Under the pieces are notes generated by a model. The model did not search any database, was not told where the DNA came from, and saw only the letters and a list, made by a program, of their open reading frames with translations. The translations under genes were made by a program, and so were the position numbers. A stretch of 32,000 bases of DNA from Raphidiopsis brookii D9. GTDB taxonomy: Bacteria; Cyanobacteriota; Cyanobacteriia; Cyanobacteriales; Nostocaceae. Shown here piece after piece: positions 20,386 to 28,641 of the stretch. The stretch's first letter is position 1, and the number at the start of each line of letters is the position of its first letter. The DNA is taken from assembly GCA_000175855.1 (NCBI GenBank), contig ACYB01000037.1, positions 100,451-132,450 on the forward strand, read 5' to 3'.

Positions 20386-21090
20386 CTACAGTCTTTGTTT
20401 AGTAGGTATGACAATCATCGAAAAATAAGGTACTTCGTCAGGGTCTACCTCATCCAGTGGCACAATTCTCTGTTGTGTAGTAGTTGCGCGTTCAATATAC
20501 TTGGCTCGGGAATTTAATCCTAACTGATGCAGCACATCCCGGATTTTGACAAAATGACGACCGATCTTCATAATGGCAGCAGCATCAGCGGAAATAAGTT
20601 GACTAATTAGCATTTCCCTAGGAAGAGTACCCGGTAAAACCTTCAAAATATCATTATAATAAGTGAAAGGTACACCCAAAGAAATAGGACAAGCCATTAA
20701 AGAAGAAATCCCGGGCACCACCTCCGTCTCATACTTATCCGCAAGACGAGTAAATATATACATAAAAGATCCATAAAAAAACGGGTCTCCCTCGCATAAT
20801 ACCACCACATCCCGACCAGCTGCCAAATGTGACCCAATAGGTTCAACCTCGCGATCATAGATATCTTTAGCCTTTTCCGGTTCCAGAGCCCGGGGAAGAT
20901 GATATAAAACTTCTATTTGATTCCCAGGTAAGTAAGGAGAGACAATTTTTCTAGCAATACTTTCTCGATCTATGGCTGACTGATAGGCAATAACAGAAGC
21001 AGAACGTATTAAACGCAATGCTTTTAATGTTAACAGTTCCGGATCTCCAGGACCAACACCAACTCCATACAAACGACCTTTTAAATTCAT
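20386..21090 (-). CDS. cobI: Precorrin-2 C20-methyltransferase (CobI/CbiL)
   Basis: GRLYGVGVGPGDPELLTLKA, VVVLCEGDPFFYGS and VVPGISS are methylase blocks typical of CobI/CbiL. The start overlaps the cobH stop by 4 nt. Confidence 0.9.
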   Translation of the reverse strand: MNLKGRLYGVGVGPGDPELLTLKALRLIRSASVIAYQSAIDRESIARKIVSPYLPGNQIEVLYHLPRALEPEKAKDIYDREVEPIGSHLAAGRDVVVLCEGDPFFYGSFMYIFTRLADKYETEVVPGISSLMACPISLGVPFTYYNDILKVLPGTLPREMLISQLISADAAAIMKIGRHFVKIRDVLHQLGLNSRAKYIERATTTQQRIVPLDEVDPDEVPYFSMIVIPTKQRL

Positions 21091-21716
21091 GTTTCTTCCT
21101 CGGATGCTAGCGCATTAATAGCAGAAGCAGCGATCGCACTTCCACCCCGTCTACCATGTAAAGTTAAAAATGGCACACCACGACTATTCTCCGCCAGGGC
21201 GGCCTTAGATTCAGCAGCGCCGACAAAACCTACAGGAAAGCCTAAAATCAGAGCTGGACGTGGTACTCCTTCATCCAACATTTCCAGCAATCTAAATAAT
21301 GCCGTAGGGGCATTACCAATAGCTACAACCGCACCATCAAGATGAAATCGCCATAGTTCTAGAGCTGCTGCTGAACGGGTATTGCCTAATCGTTTAGCTA
21401 TTGTGGGCACTTCTGGATCATTCAAAGAACAAATAATAGCATTCGTAGTAGGTAATCTTTTTTTAGTGATTCCCTGTGCAACCATCTGACAATCACATAA
21501 AATAGGCGCACCAGAAGCCAGGGCGTTTTTGCCTAAATTTACCGCATCTAGTGAATATGCTAAGTCTTTTACTATATCCGTCATACCACAGGCATGAATT
21601 AAGCGTACAGCTATCTTTGCTACATCCTCCGGGAGACTATCTAATTCTGCTTCCGAGCGGATAATATCAAAAGACTTTTTGTATATTTCTCCAGCATCTC
21701 GTATATAATTATACAT
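21087..21716 (-). CDS. cobH: Precorrin-8X methylmutase (CobH/CbiC)
   Basis: RLIHACGM, AIGNAPTALF, LILGFPVGFVGAAESK and GGSAIAAS are typical CobH/CbiC blocks. Length is 209 aa. Confidence 0.9.
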   Translation of the reverse strand: MYNYIRDAGEIYKKSFDIIRSEAELDSLPEDVAKIAVRLIHACGMTDIVKDLAYSLDAVNLGKNALASGAPILCDCQMVAQGITKKRLPTTNAIICSLNDPEVPTIAKRLGNTRSAAALELWRFHLDGAVVAIGNAPTALFRLLEMLDEGVPRPALILGFPVGFVGAAESKAALAENSRGVPFLTLHGRRGGSAIAASAINALASEEET

Positions 21717-21756
21717 AAACTATACATAAAATAGAAAAATTGCAAGACTAAAAAGA

Positions 21757-23313
21757 CTAAACTGAGAGTTGAGATATATCATAACGATTGGCAAACTCGG
21801 TAAAAGATTCTTGAGGGCTCAGACGATTAAGTATATATACTTTGAATATGTTTTCCATAAGCTGAGGTAATTGGGCAAAGGGGAAATTTTCATAAATTGG
21901 GCGGTGAATATTATTACCAATATACACTTGATATCCTGGGACAGATTGATCTTCTTGCTCAATATTGACCCCAAGCAATGTAATATCACTTTCAGTGTGT
22001 TGGGCGCAAGACTTAGGACACCCAGTGAAATGAATATTAATATGGGAGTCCAGATTTATATGGGTTTGTAAATATTCGCTTAATATCAGGGCATGGGTTT
22101 TTGTGTCCGTAGCAGAAGCGGAGCAACCACTGGTTCCGGAACAGGAGACTAACCCACTTTTTATGTTTGTAGGTGAGTAGTCAAGCTCCAAATCATGAAT
22201 TTCTGAAGTTACCGAAGAAAGGTGTTGTTGAGGAATATCACTGAGCAGTAAATTTTGCCAAGGGGTTAGTCTCAGTTGACCAGAGCCATATTGGCTTGCC
22301 ATATTAGCCAATCGACGAACTTGCCAAGTTTGTAATCGCCCCAGGGGTAAAACTAGACCAACATAAAACATTCCTGATTGTTTTTGGGGATGAATACCCA
22401 GATGGAAAACCTGGTCATGTTTTTGCGAGTTAAATTTGTGATTAGGCAAAAGGTTTAGAGAGGGAGCATGGGAGGCTTGAAATTCCAGATCCCTTATCTG
22501 TTCCAAATCAAGTAACCTATTTTTATGTAAAAGCACTAAAATTTTATGTAAGAAACATTGCCATCCCAAATCGTCAATTACTTCTCGTAATCGGGGTTTA
22601 CGTTTAGAAAAGCACTCTTTAGAAAGCAAAGTGTATTCTAGATAAACTTGTGCCACAGATGCCAACATGGGTATAGATTGTTCAGGAGTCAAACAAAGAG
22701 AGAAATGCGGGGAAAAATTTTCCTTTCCAGTGGCACAAAAATAAAAAATGGGATATATTAATTTATGTCCCCATTTCCCCGTAGGAAAGAACTTCGGTTC
22801 TTTCCTACCCCCCCCAGGAAGTAAAGGAGTAGCATCCAGAGCAGTAAGGGATATATCATTGGGGAACTTGGCGATAGAGACTTTACCACCACCATCAAAA
22901 CCCACACTAAACTTGGCTGAAAGCTCTGCAAGTTGGGGTTGACCACTAACATATTGCTCCCAATCTTGAACAAGCGGGCGAACATCTATTAACTCTCCTG
23001 GGTCTATACCGGCGGTAGGGCTGGTCATGATGTTGCGGAGATGGTCTATAGCGGGATTAACAGCAGCCATACCAGAGGTTTGTAAGGTGTGCAGGTCACC
23101 CGTACTTACTTCCCGCTGAATTTCTCGAATTTGTAAATTAGCGCGATTAGTAATATCAACATAGCCACCCCCATAATTATCAGCCATATTAGCGATGAGG
23201 TGAAATTGTTGGCTATTTAAAATACCACTAGGAGTGCGGATGCGACAGAGAATGCCATCTTGGGCAAGAGTGTTATAAAACAGACCCGGACAAGCTGTAA
23301 ATGGACTTAACAA
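21757..23313 (-). CDS. cobG: CobG-like precorrin-3B synthase (nitrite/sulfite reductase ferredoxin-like half-domains)
   Basis: The N-terminus CPGLFYNTLAQDGILCRIRTPSG...ITNRANLQIREI is CobG-like. A C-terminal cysteine cluster (VSCSGTSGCSASATDT...FTGCPKSCAQH) resembles the sirohaem/Fe-S site. TTG start at 23313, 7 nt after AAGGAG. Confidence 0.75.
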   Translation of the reverse strand: MLSPFTACPGLFYNTLAQDGILCRIRTPSGILNSQQFHLIANMADNYGGGYVDITNRANLQIREIQREVSTGDLHTLQTSGMAAVNPAIDHLRNIMTSPTAGIDPGELIDVRPLVQDWEQYVSGQPQLAELSAKFSVGFDGGGKVSIAKFPNDISLTALDATPLLPGGGRKEPKFFPTGKWGHKLIYPIFYFCATGKENFSPHFSLCLTPEQSIPMLASVAQVYLEYTLLSKECFSKRKPRLREVIDDLGWQCFLHKILVLLHKNRLLDLEQIRDLEFQASHAPSLNLLPNHKFNSQKHDQVFHLGIHPQKQSGMFYVGLVLPLGRLQTWQVRRLANMASQYGSGQLRLTPWQNLLLSDIPQQHLSSVTSEIHDLELDYSPTNIKSGLVSCSGTSGCSASATDTKTHALILSEYLQTHINLDSHINIHFTGCPKSCAQHTESDITLLGVNIEQEDQSVPGYQVYIGNNIHRPIYENFPFAQLPQLMENIFKVYILNRLSPQESFTEFANRYDISQLSV

Positions 23314-23364
23314 AGCGATTCTCCTTCCCCGTGCGACGCGGGGACAGAATAGGTGTAGGCTCAG

Positions 23365-23497
23365 TTCTTAGAAGTGGCATTCTGACTTGTGCAACTTCAG
23401 ATTTTAGACATTCCCCAATTGGGAGTCCAAAACCCGAGATTGCCTTACAGCTGCGGCACAGTCCCGGTATTGCACCGGAGTTTCCCAAACCTAAGAA
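23365..23497 (-). promoter_or_regulatory. Cobalamin (B12) riboswitch aptamer leading the cobG-cobH-cobI-cbiG/cobJ operon
   Basis: The minus strand reads GGGAAACTCCGGTGCAATACCGGGACTGTGCCGCAGCTGTAAGG (conserved core, from 23486 downward). A B12-box-like AAGTCAGAATGCCACTTC lies at 23388-23371. P1 can form between TTCTTAG (23497-23491) and CTAAGAA (23371-23365). A GC hairpin CCCCG-N7-CGGGG abuts the AAGGAG Shine-Dalgarno sequence. Confidence 0.8.
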
Positions 23498-23606
23498 TTT
23501 GGCAAATCATCAGAAATCCTATTGTATCACAATGACGTCACTTGAAAGTTTTTGAGGTCCCCAAATACTCTTGGTCATTGTATAATAAAATTAGAATGTA
23601 CATCCT

Positions 23607-24368
23607 TTGACAAATCTTATCTCTGTGGGAGTAATATACATAGGCGATCGCGCAACAGGTAAAACTCATTTAGCTCTGGAGTTAGCCAACCCCAAACATG
23701 AATATGTGAAAGTTAACAGTCTAGACTATGACGAGCTTAGTTCATTGTTACTAGATGAGAACTTGCAGACCAGGCCTACTGAAAACTTTTTATACAACCG
23801 GTATTTAGATATGAATATTCAATTACCGTCTGGTAAAAAGCAGGTTACGGTCGATTGGGTTGATATAGGAGGGGAAGTATGGAGGAAAAGTTGGCAAAGG
23901 GACAATTCTAACCAATGGCATGAGTTCTTAAAAGCGATTCGCGATAGTGAGGGAATTCTACTAATTCTTCCACCCCATCGGGGAATGACATTCAAACCAG
24001 GGGTAGATGCAGAGGAGTTTCCCACCCAAAAACAATGGTGTAATCGTTTTGAACGCTGGGTAACATTTTTCTGTGACCAGTGTCCTAAAATCAGACACTT
24101 GGCCCTTTGCCTTAACAAAGCCGATTTATTTTGTGATTTATCCGCAGAAGGTCAAAAACTGGCCTATAAGCCCTACAATAGTCCCTATAATTGGCAACAA
24201 CGACATGAACATGTACTAAGAAAATACTTTCGTCCCGTGTATGCCCAAATCGAGAGATTAGGTCAAGGCGTGGGCAGTCCATCTGTAAAGTGTTTTATCA
24301 CATCAATTTACCATCGAGGCTTATTAGAACTACCTTGGATTTACCTAGGCAGTTTTTTGGGTAAGTGA
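23607..24368 (+). CDS. P-loop GTPase-like protein, paralog 1 (most divergent) of the candidate system
   Basis: G1 GDRATGKT, G3 DIGGE (VDWVDIGGEVW), strand ILLILPP, G4 NKAD, then ITSIY. The start is uncertain: TTG at 23607 or GTG at 23625. Confidence 0.75.
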   Translation: MTNLISVGVIYIGDRATGKTHLALELANPKHEYVKVNSLDYDELSSLLLDENLQTRPTENFLYNRYLDMNIQLPSGKKQVTVDWVDIGGEVWRKSWQRDNSNQWHEFLKAIRDSEGILLILPPHRGMTFKPGVDAEEFPTQKQWCNRFERWVTFFCDQCPKIRHLALCLNKADLFCDLSAEGQKLAYKPYNSPYNWQQRHEHVLRKYFRPVYAQIERLGQGVGSPSVKCFITSIYHRGLLELPWIYLGSFLGK

Positions 24369-24452
24369 GATCAATATGTTAACCTTGGAGAAATTATACT
24401 ACAGGACTCTGGAAAAGTTACTACACTTAAACAATCATAAAAGAGGGGAGAA

Positions 24453-25289
24453 ATGGGTAATATCCACATAATCGGACCACGGGCTGCGGGTAAGACCACT
24501 TATTTAGCAGCTTTAGCCTACCAACCAAACATATCAAGACGACGCTATAAACAAGCAAATTTTAAGGTGCAGGCATTAAATGACGAAACCAGAGAACTAG
24601 CGGAAAAAGCGGAAAACATAATTTTGGAAGGAGCTTCTTTAGAGCCCACCACCAAATATATAAAAACCATTGAGGACGTGAAAGTGTACTCATTTTTAAT
24701 TGAAATCAAGCGGAAATGGCAACCAACCCAAAAACTTAATTTAGCAGTGCGGGACTACCCAGGACTAGTTTTTGATGAGCTGGAGTCTGCTTCTTCCGAC
24801 TCTATACATGAAGAGTTTATGAATGAGTGCTTCAGTCAAGATACTCAAGGGTGTTTGATCTTATTGACCGAGTGGCAACAGGGAACAGACAAATTTTATA
24901 GACGAGTATTCAGAAGATTTATAGACTTGATGGATCAACAAGGAAGATTGCAAGATTTGCGATTGGCCCTTGCCATTAGTAAATGTGAAAGAGGGGAATT
25001 ATGGCCTGGTCGGTTAGATCCAGAAAATGACCTATTTGCTATTCACTTCCCCGACACACTGCATTTATTAAAAGATAATATCCCCCAGAAAAACTTAGGA
25101 TTTTATGCCATGTCCACCTTTGGGGTGTTAGGTAGCAAAGATCCCCGACCTAACCGTAAATTAGAAGGAGAACACGACATGTACTCTGTTTTGAGAGATC
25201 CTGACGAATGGTCGCCATACTGCATGATTTCCCCCCTTTATTGGTTGAGTACAGGTAAGAGGATGCAGGAAAATGCTCAACATATTTAA
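24453..25289 (+). CDS. P-loop GTPase-like protein, paralog 2
   Basis: ATG preceded by AGAGGGGAG. G1 GPRAAGKT, DxxG-position DYPGL, strand CLILLTE, G4-position SKCE, G5-like MSTFG. C-terminal motif WSPY...SPLYWL. Confidence 0.8.
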   Translation: MGNIHIIGPRAAGKTTYLAALAYQPNISRRRYKQANFKVQALNDETRELAEKAENIILEGASLEPTTKYIKTIEDVKVYSFLIEIKRKWQPTQKLNLAVRDYPGLVFDELESASSDSIHEEFMNECFSQDTQGCLILLTEWQQGTDKFYRRVFRRFIDLMDQQGRLQDLRLALAISKCERGELWPGRLDPENDLFAIHFPDTLHLLKDNIPQKNLGFYAMSTFGVLGSKDPRPNRKLEGEHDMYSVLRDPDEWSPYCMISPLYWLSTGKRMQENAQHI

Positions 25290-26147
25290 AAATAAAGATC
25301 AATCCTCGTCACAAAGTAGTATAGTTCTGAGAGTAATAGGCGATCGCTTTGCAGGAAAAACCGCCTATATGGCATCCCTAGCCAGGTGGCCTAATGCTAG
25401 TCCTGACAGTCCAGTCCAGACAGTGGTCCCCGTAGACGAAGGAGGAGAAGACCTAGTCAACAAAGCTCAAAACATCCTAGAGCAAGGATTGCAACTAGAA
25501 TTCACAACTCTAGAGAACCCAGATCAGATCAGAGACTGTACCCTACAAATCACCATAAAACAGAAAAATTGGGTTCCCAACTACTGAACCTAAACATTAG
25601 CCACAAAGACTACTCAGGTGAGTTTTTCCGTGACCTTCTGCATCGGAATCAAGATCCCCTATTGCAGGAATATTTAGAAGACTGTGTACAAGCTAATGGT
25701 ATTATGTTCCTAGTTGATGGTAACAGTAGGCGCAAAGACCCGGAGTATGCCAATGGCTTAGACAAATTGTTAATAGCATTAGACCGACATGATATAGGAG
25801 GGATGAAGCGAAGAATAGCTCTAGTTTTGAACAAATGTGAACAATCTGACCTATGGGTAAATCGGGATAAACCGGCATTTTTAGCATCAGCTAGATTTCC
25901 CCAAGTTTCCCAGAAATTAAAAGTCTGGCAACAAATGGGGGGAGGGGAAGTAGAGTTTTTTACAGCATCTGCTTTTGGCATGTTAGGTACCAAATATCCA
26001 GAGCCCAACGTTAACCTAGTACAAAAAGATAGGGGAGGAGTGAGTGCGGTGATCAAAAACCCCAAATTGTGGCGACCATTTGGTTTGGTTGCACCCATTT
26101 ATTGGCTTTGTAAAGGTTCACGTCATCCAGATCTAGATAAAAGTTAA
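25273..26147 (+). pseudogene. P-loop GTPase-like protein, paralog 3, split into ORFs 25273..25587 and 25569..26147 by a 1-nt frame change
   Basis: ORF 1 carries G1 GDRFAGKT. ORF 2 carries DYSGE, IMFLVDG, NKCE, ASAFG and WRPF...APIYWL. Alignment to paralog 2 (IEIKRKWQPTQKLNLAVRDYPG versus ITIKQKNW / GSQLLNLNISHKDYSG) places the junction at the GGG run 25571-25573. The start overlaps the paralog 2 stop by 17 nt. Confidence 0.7.
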
Positions 26148-26206
26148 GAAATTAGCGATTGTAAAACTGGTGAGAGGATCAATATTTAAACATCAGGTTG
26201 GAAAAA

Positions 26207-26234
26207 TTAACTTAGCAACATTAACTTAGCAACA
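26207..26234. repeat. Perfect 14-nt tandem duplication TTAACTTAGCAACA x2 ending on the A of the 26234 start codon
   Basis: Direct reading: copy 1 at 26207-26220 and copy 2 at 26221-26234. Confidence 0.95.
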
Positions 26235-28507
26235 TGAATTCCCAATATCTTGAGATTCACGAATTTAGTACAGGTATTCACGTTCAAAGACGGGATAACG
26301 GTTGGGTTTCCGTGGGATTTACAGGAAAATATATGAACTCAACCATAGATCCAATTCCTACGGTCGTAGAGAGGTCAATTGCTAATGAAGAATTTGCCCT
26401 AACAGAAGGTTCGTCAGCAGAGAAACCTGCGATTGTTGGGAGGGTATTGAAGGATGGGGATGATATATGGTCAGTAATAGCAGTAGTCAGCAGAGGAAAA
26501 GACGAAGTAGGAAGAAGTGCGGGATTTTATCGTTATTTTTTATGTCGCGGAGACAACAACCTAAGGTTGATATTAGCTTGGTGGGAAGAAAAGGGTCAAC
26601 CGAGATTTAACCCTCTAGAAGCTGTACAAAAGTTCCATATTTTTACGGGAGAAGCACCTCGTCCCTTACGTAAGACAGAAGACATGTCTTTACCATTTGA
26701 GGAATCAGACCCTATAGTTTTAGCACCTGAGACCCAACAAGACTTATATACCCTCAACTCTCTAGCGATTAGAAAAGCCAATTCTTCCAACAACAAGTTA
26801 CCAGTATCTTGGGCTTTTAATGTGGAAGGACTGGCAAAACCCGGACGTTTTCAAATCATTCAACCTTCATCACAAAAGGCTTACAAACAAATAAAAGAAC
26901 AAATTAGCAACTATCGTCAAAATGAAGCTCTTATTGATGAAGCTGCCCTAAAATCTGCCCTTCGTGGTTTAATAAATAGTTCTCAAGTCAAACCCGAAGC
27001 AGTAGGGGTAATTGTGAATGGCGTAACCAATAAGGAAATTACCCCTGAATATTGGGAGAATTTGTTTAATAGCCAAGGTGCGAACCAAGGGATTAGGCAG
27101 AAAATTTATAGTCCACAAATGGTGAAATTAGTTACGCTTAGAGCATTAGTTCTTCCAAAAACCTTGCCAGAATTTCTGGGTTGGTTGAACATTCAAGCAA
27201 GTAAAAAGGTCAACCAAAACCAGATGGTATCTTTACAGTTTCAACAAGCCATTAAGGAATTATTTCCCAAGGAGAAGGTAGCAGAAGGTATTGGATATTT
27301 ATTGCCCAGTTTACTTGATGGTAATATATCACCAGATGGCTTATCTTGGTTATTGGCGAAAAATGGCAGTAATAGTATTTGGTCCTATGCTCAAAAACAG
27401 TTTGTGAATGATGTTAGAAATGATTTACAACTAATTTTTGACCAGTATAAAAACTCAAAATCTCTGAATTTTGATGGGGGTAACCTTAAATGCGAAATAG
27501 GGGTTTGGAATCAATTAATTAGAGGTTGGCAGGGTATTCAGAGGAGATATTATAAATGTGAGGAATATCGACCCTTAGCAGAGCTATTTGAGGAATTTAG
27601 AGAAGATGATTTAGCTGCATATTTTTATCAAGTCAGTGATGGATTAGTCAATAAAAAACTATTTGGGCGACTAGCTGATTCACAAAGAAGTGGGTATCCG
27701 GTTGTTTTTGGCTTACCGATTAAGCGCAAAGAAACTTTGATTGATGTTTTGATTAAGTTTATTAACCAGTTTGTTAACCAGGATATAGATATGAAGATTT
27801 TGTATGTTGCTCCCATATCACTATTAATTTTAGGTAGTGGTTGGTTTGTTGGATCGAAAACTTGGCATGCTTATGTTAGTCAAAATGATATTAACAATCA
27901 CCTGTGTAAAGAGTCACAGAAACCTGAGAATTGCTCCGTCATAGTTTTGGATGATACAAAGCATTATTCCTTCAAAGACATTCAGAGAATTATTCCCCAA
28001 GTTGTAGATGATTTGTTAAAAAAGAGGGAAGCGGAAGAAAAAAAGAAATATGAGGAGGCCAATAGTAGTGGTGTGAACCAAACACCACCATCAAGAAAAA
28101 GCAACTTTGATATCAAAGCAGAATTGATAAACAAGGTAAATCAAACTTTGCCAAAAATTTTGGCAGATCCTACATTGAAGTATGATGAAATAGATTCTAA
28201 GAATGCACAGAATGTAGATACAAACATTCAAAAAAAATGGTTGATAGCAGTATATAATTATCAAATTAAACGAAAAGCAGGAAAGAAAATAAAAAAAGTC
28301 CAGGTCGAGGAGTGTAAATTCCCTCTGTTTTGGAGATGTTTTCCAGGACAGGAGGTGACAGTTACCAAGGATGAAATAGATGATTATCCATTGAGGAAGA
28401 AATTAGCAGAAGACATAAATTATGCTATGCGATTATCAAAATCGAAAAACAGAGTCAGAGTAAGTAAAATTAGCAATTTGCAAATTAATTTACAGCTCCC
28501 AAATTAA
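26234..28507 (+). CDS. Large single-pass membrane protein A of the candidate system (757 aa): unique N-terminal domain, shared helical core, TM helix, shared C-terminal module
   Basis: Long ORF with one strongly hydrophobic segment, ILYVAPISLLILGSGWFVGS (about 27797-27858). Residues from about 238 onward are paralogous to the next gene. I recognise no catalytic motif. Confidence 0.8.
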   Translation: MNSQYLEIHEFSTGIHVQRRDNGWVSVGFTGKYMNSTIDPIPTVVERSIANEEFALTEGSSAEKPAIVGRVLKDGDDIWSVIAVVSRGKDEVGRSAGFYRYFLCRGDNNLRLILAWWEEKGQPRFNPLEAVQKFHIFTGEAPRPLRKTEDMSLPFEESDPIVLAPETQQDLYTLNSLAIRKANSSNNKLPVSWAFNVEGLAKPGRFQIIQPSSQKAYKQIKEQISNYRQNEALIDEAALKSALRGLINSSQVKPEAVGVIVNGVTNKEITPEYWENLFNSQGANQGIRQKIYSPQMVKLVTLRALVLPKTLPEFLGWLNIQASKKVNQNQMVSLQFQQAIKELFPKEKVAEGIGYLLPSLLDGNISPDGLSWLLAKNGSNSIWSYAQKQFVNDVRNDLQLIFDQYKNSKSLNFDGGNLKCEIGVWNQLIRGWQGIQRRYYKCEEYRPLAELFEEFREDDLAAYFYQVSDGLVNKKLFGRLADSQRSGYPVVFGLPIKRKETLIDVLIKFINQFVNQDIDMKILYVAPISLLILGSGWFVGSKTWHAYVSQNDINNHLCKESQKPENCSVIVLDDTKHYSFKDIQRIIPQVVDDLLKKREAEEKKKYEEANSSGVNQTPPSRKSNFDIKAELINKVNQTLPKILADPTLKYDEIDSKNAQNVDTNIQKKWLIAVYNYQIKRKAGKKIKKVQVEECKFPLFWRCFPGQEVTVTKDEIDDYPLRKKLAEDINYAMRLSKSKNRVRVSKISNLQINLQLPN

Positions 28508-28641
28508 AACCCAGGCTGTGAATCTCAAGAGGGACTACCCAATAAAGGAATCACTATTTCTTGAAGTAGTCCAATTACAAAACAGGCGATCGCTCGTTGT
28601 CTTTATTACATAAGTATGGATATGTAGAGGTTGAACTCAAT

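Noticed and set aside
18605-23555. Short ORFs 18605.., 19011.., 21871.., 22748.., 22758.., 23273..23488 (-) and 23301..23555 (+)
   Set aside because: All lie antisense or out of frame within the cob genes, or lie across the cobalamin riboswitch. The RNA element explains the conservation-like structure there.
23521-23606. Possible promoter and operator signals in the divergent region between the riboswitch and GTPase paralog 1 (TATAAT at 23581-23586; palindrome TGACGTCA at 23533-23540; NtcA-like GTA-N8-TAC searched)
   Set aside because: TATAAT has no properly spaced -35 element. The GTA at 23523 is followed after 8 nt by ACG, not TAC. The palindrome has no known cyanobacterial regulator that I can assign. 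All of this is speculative without transcription start data.
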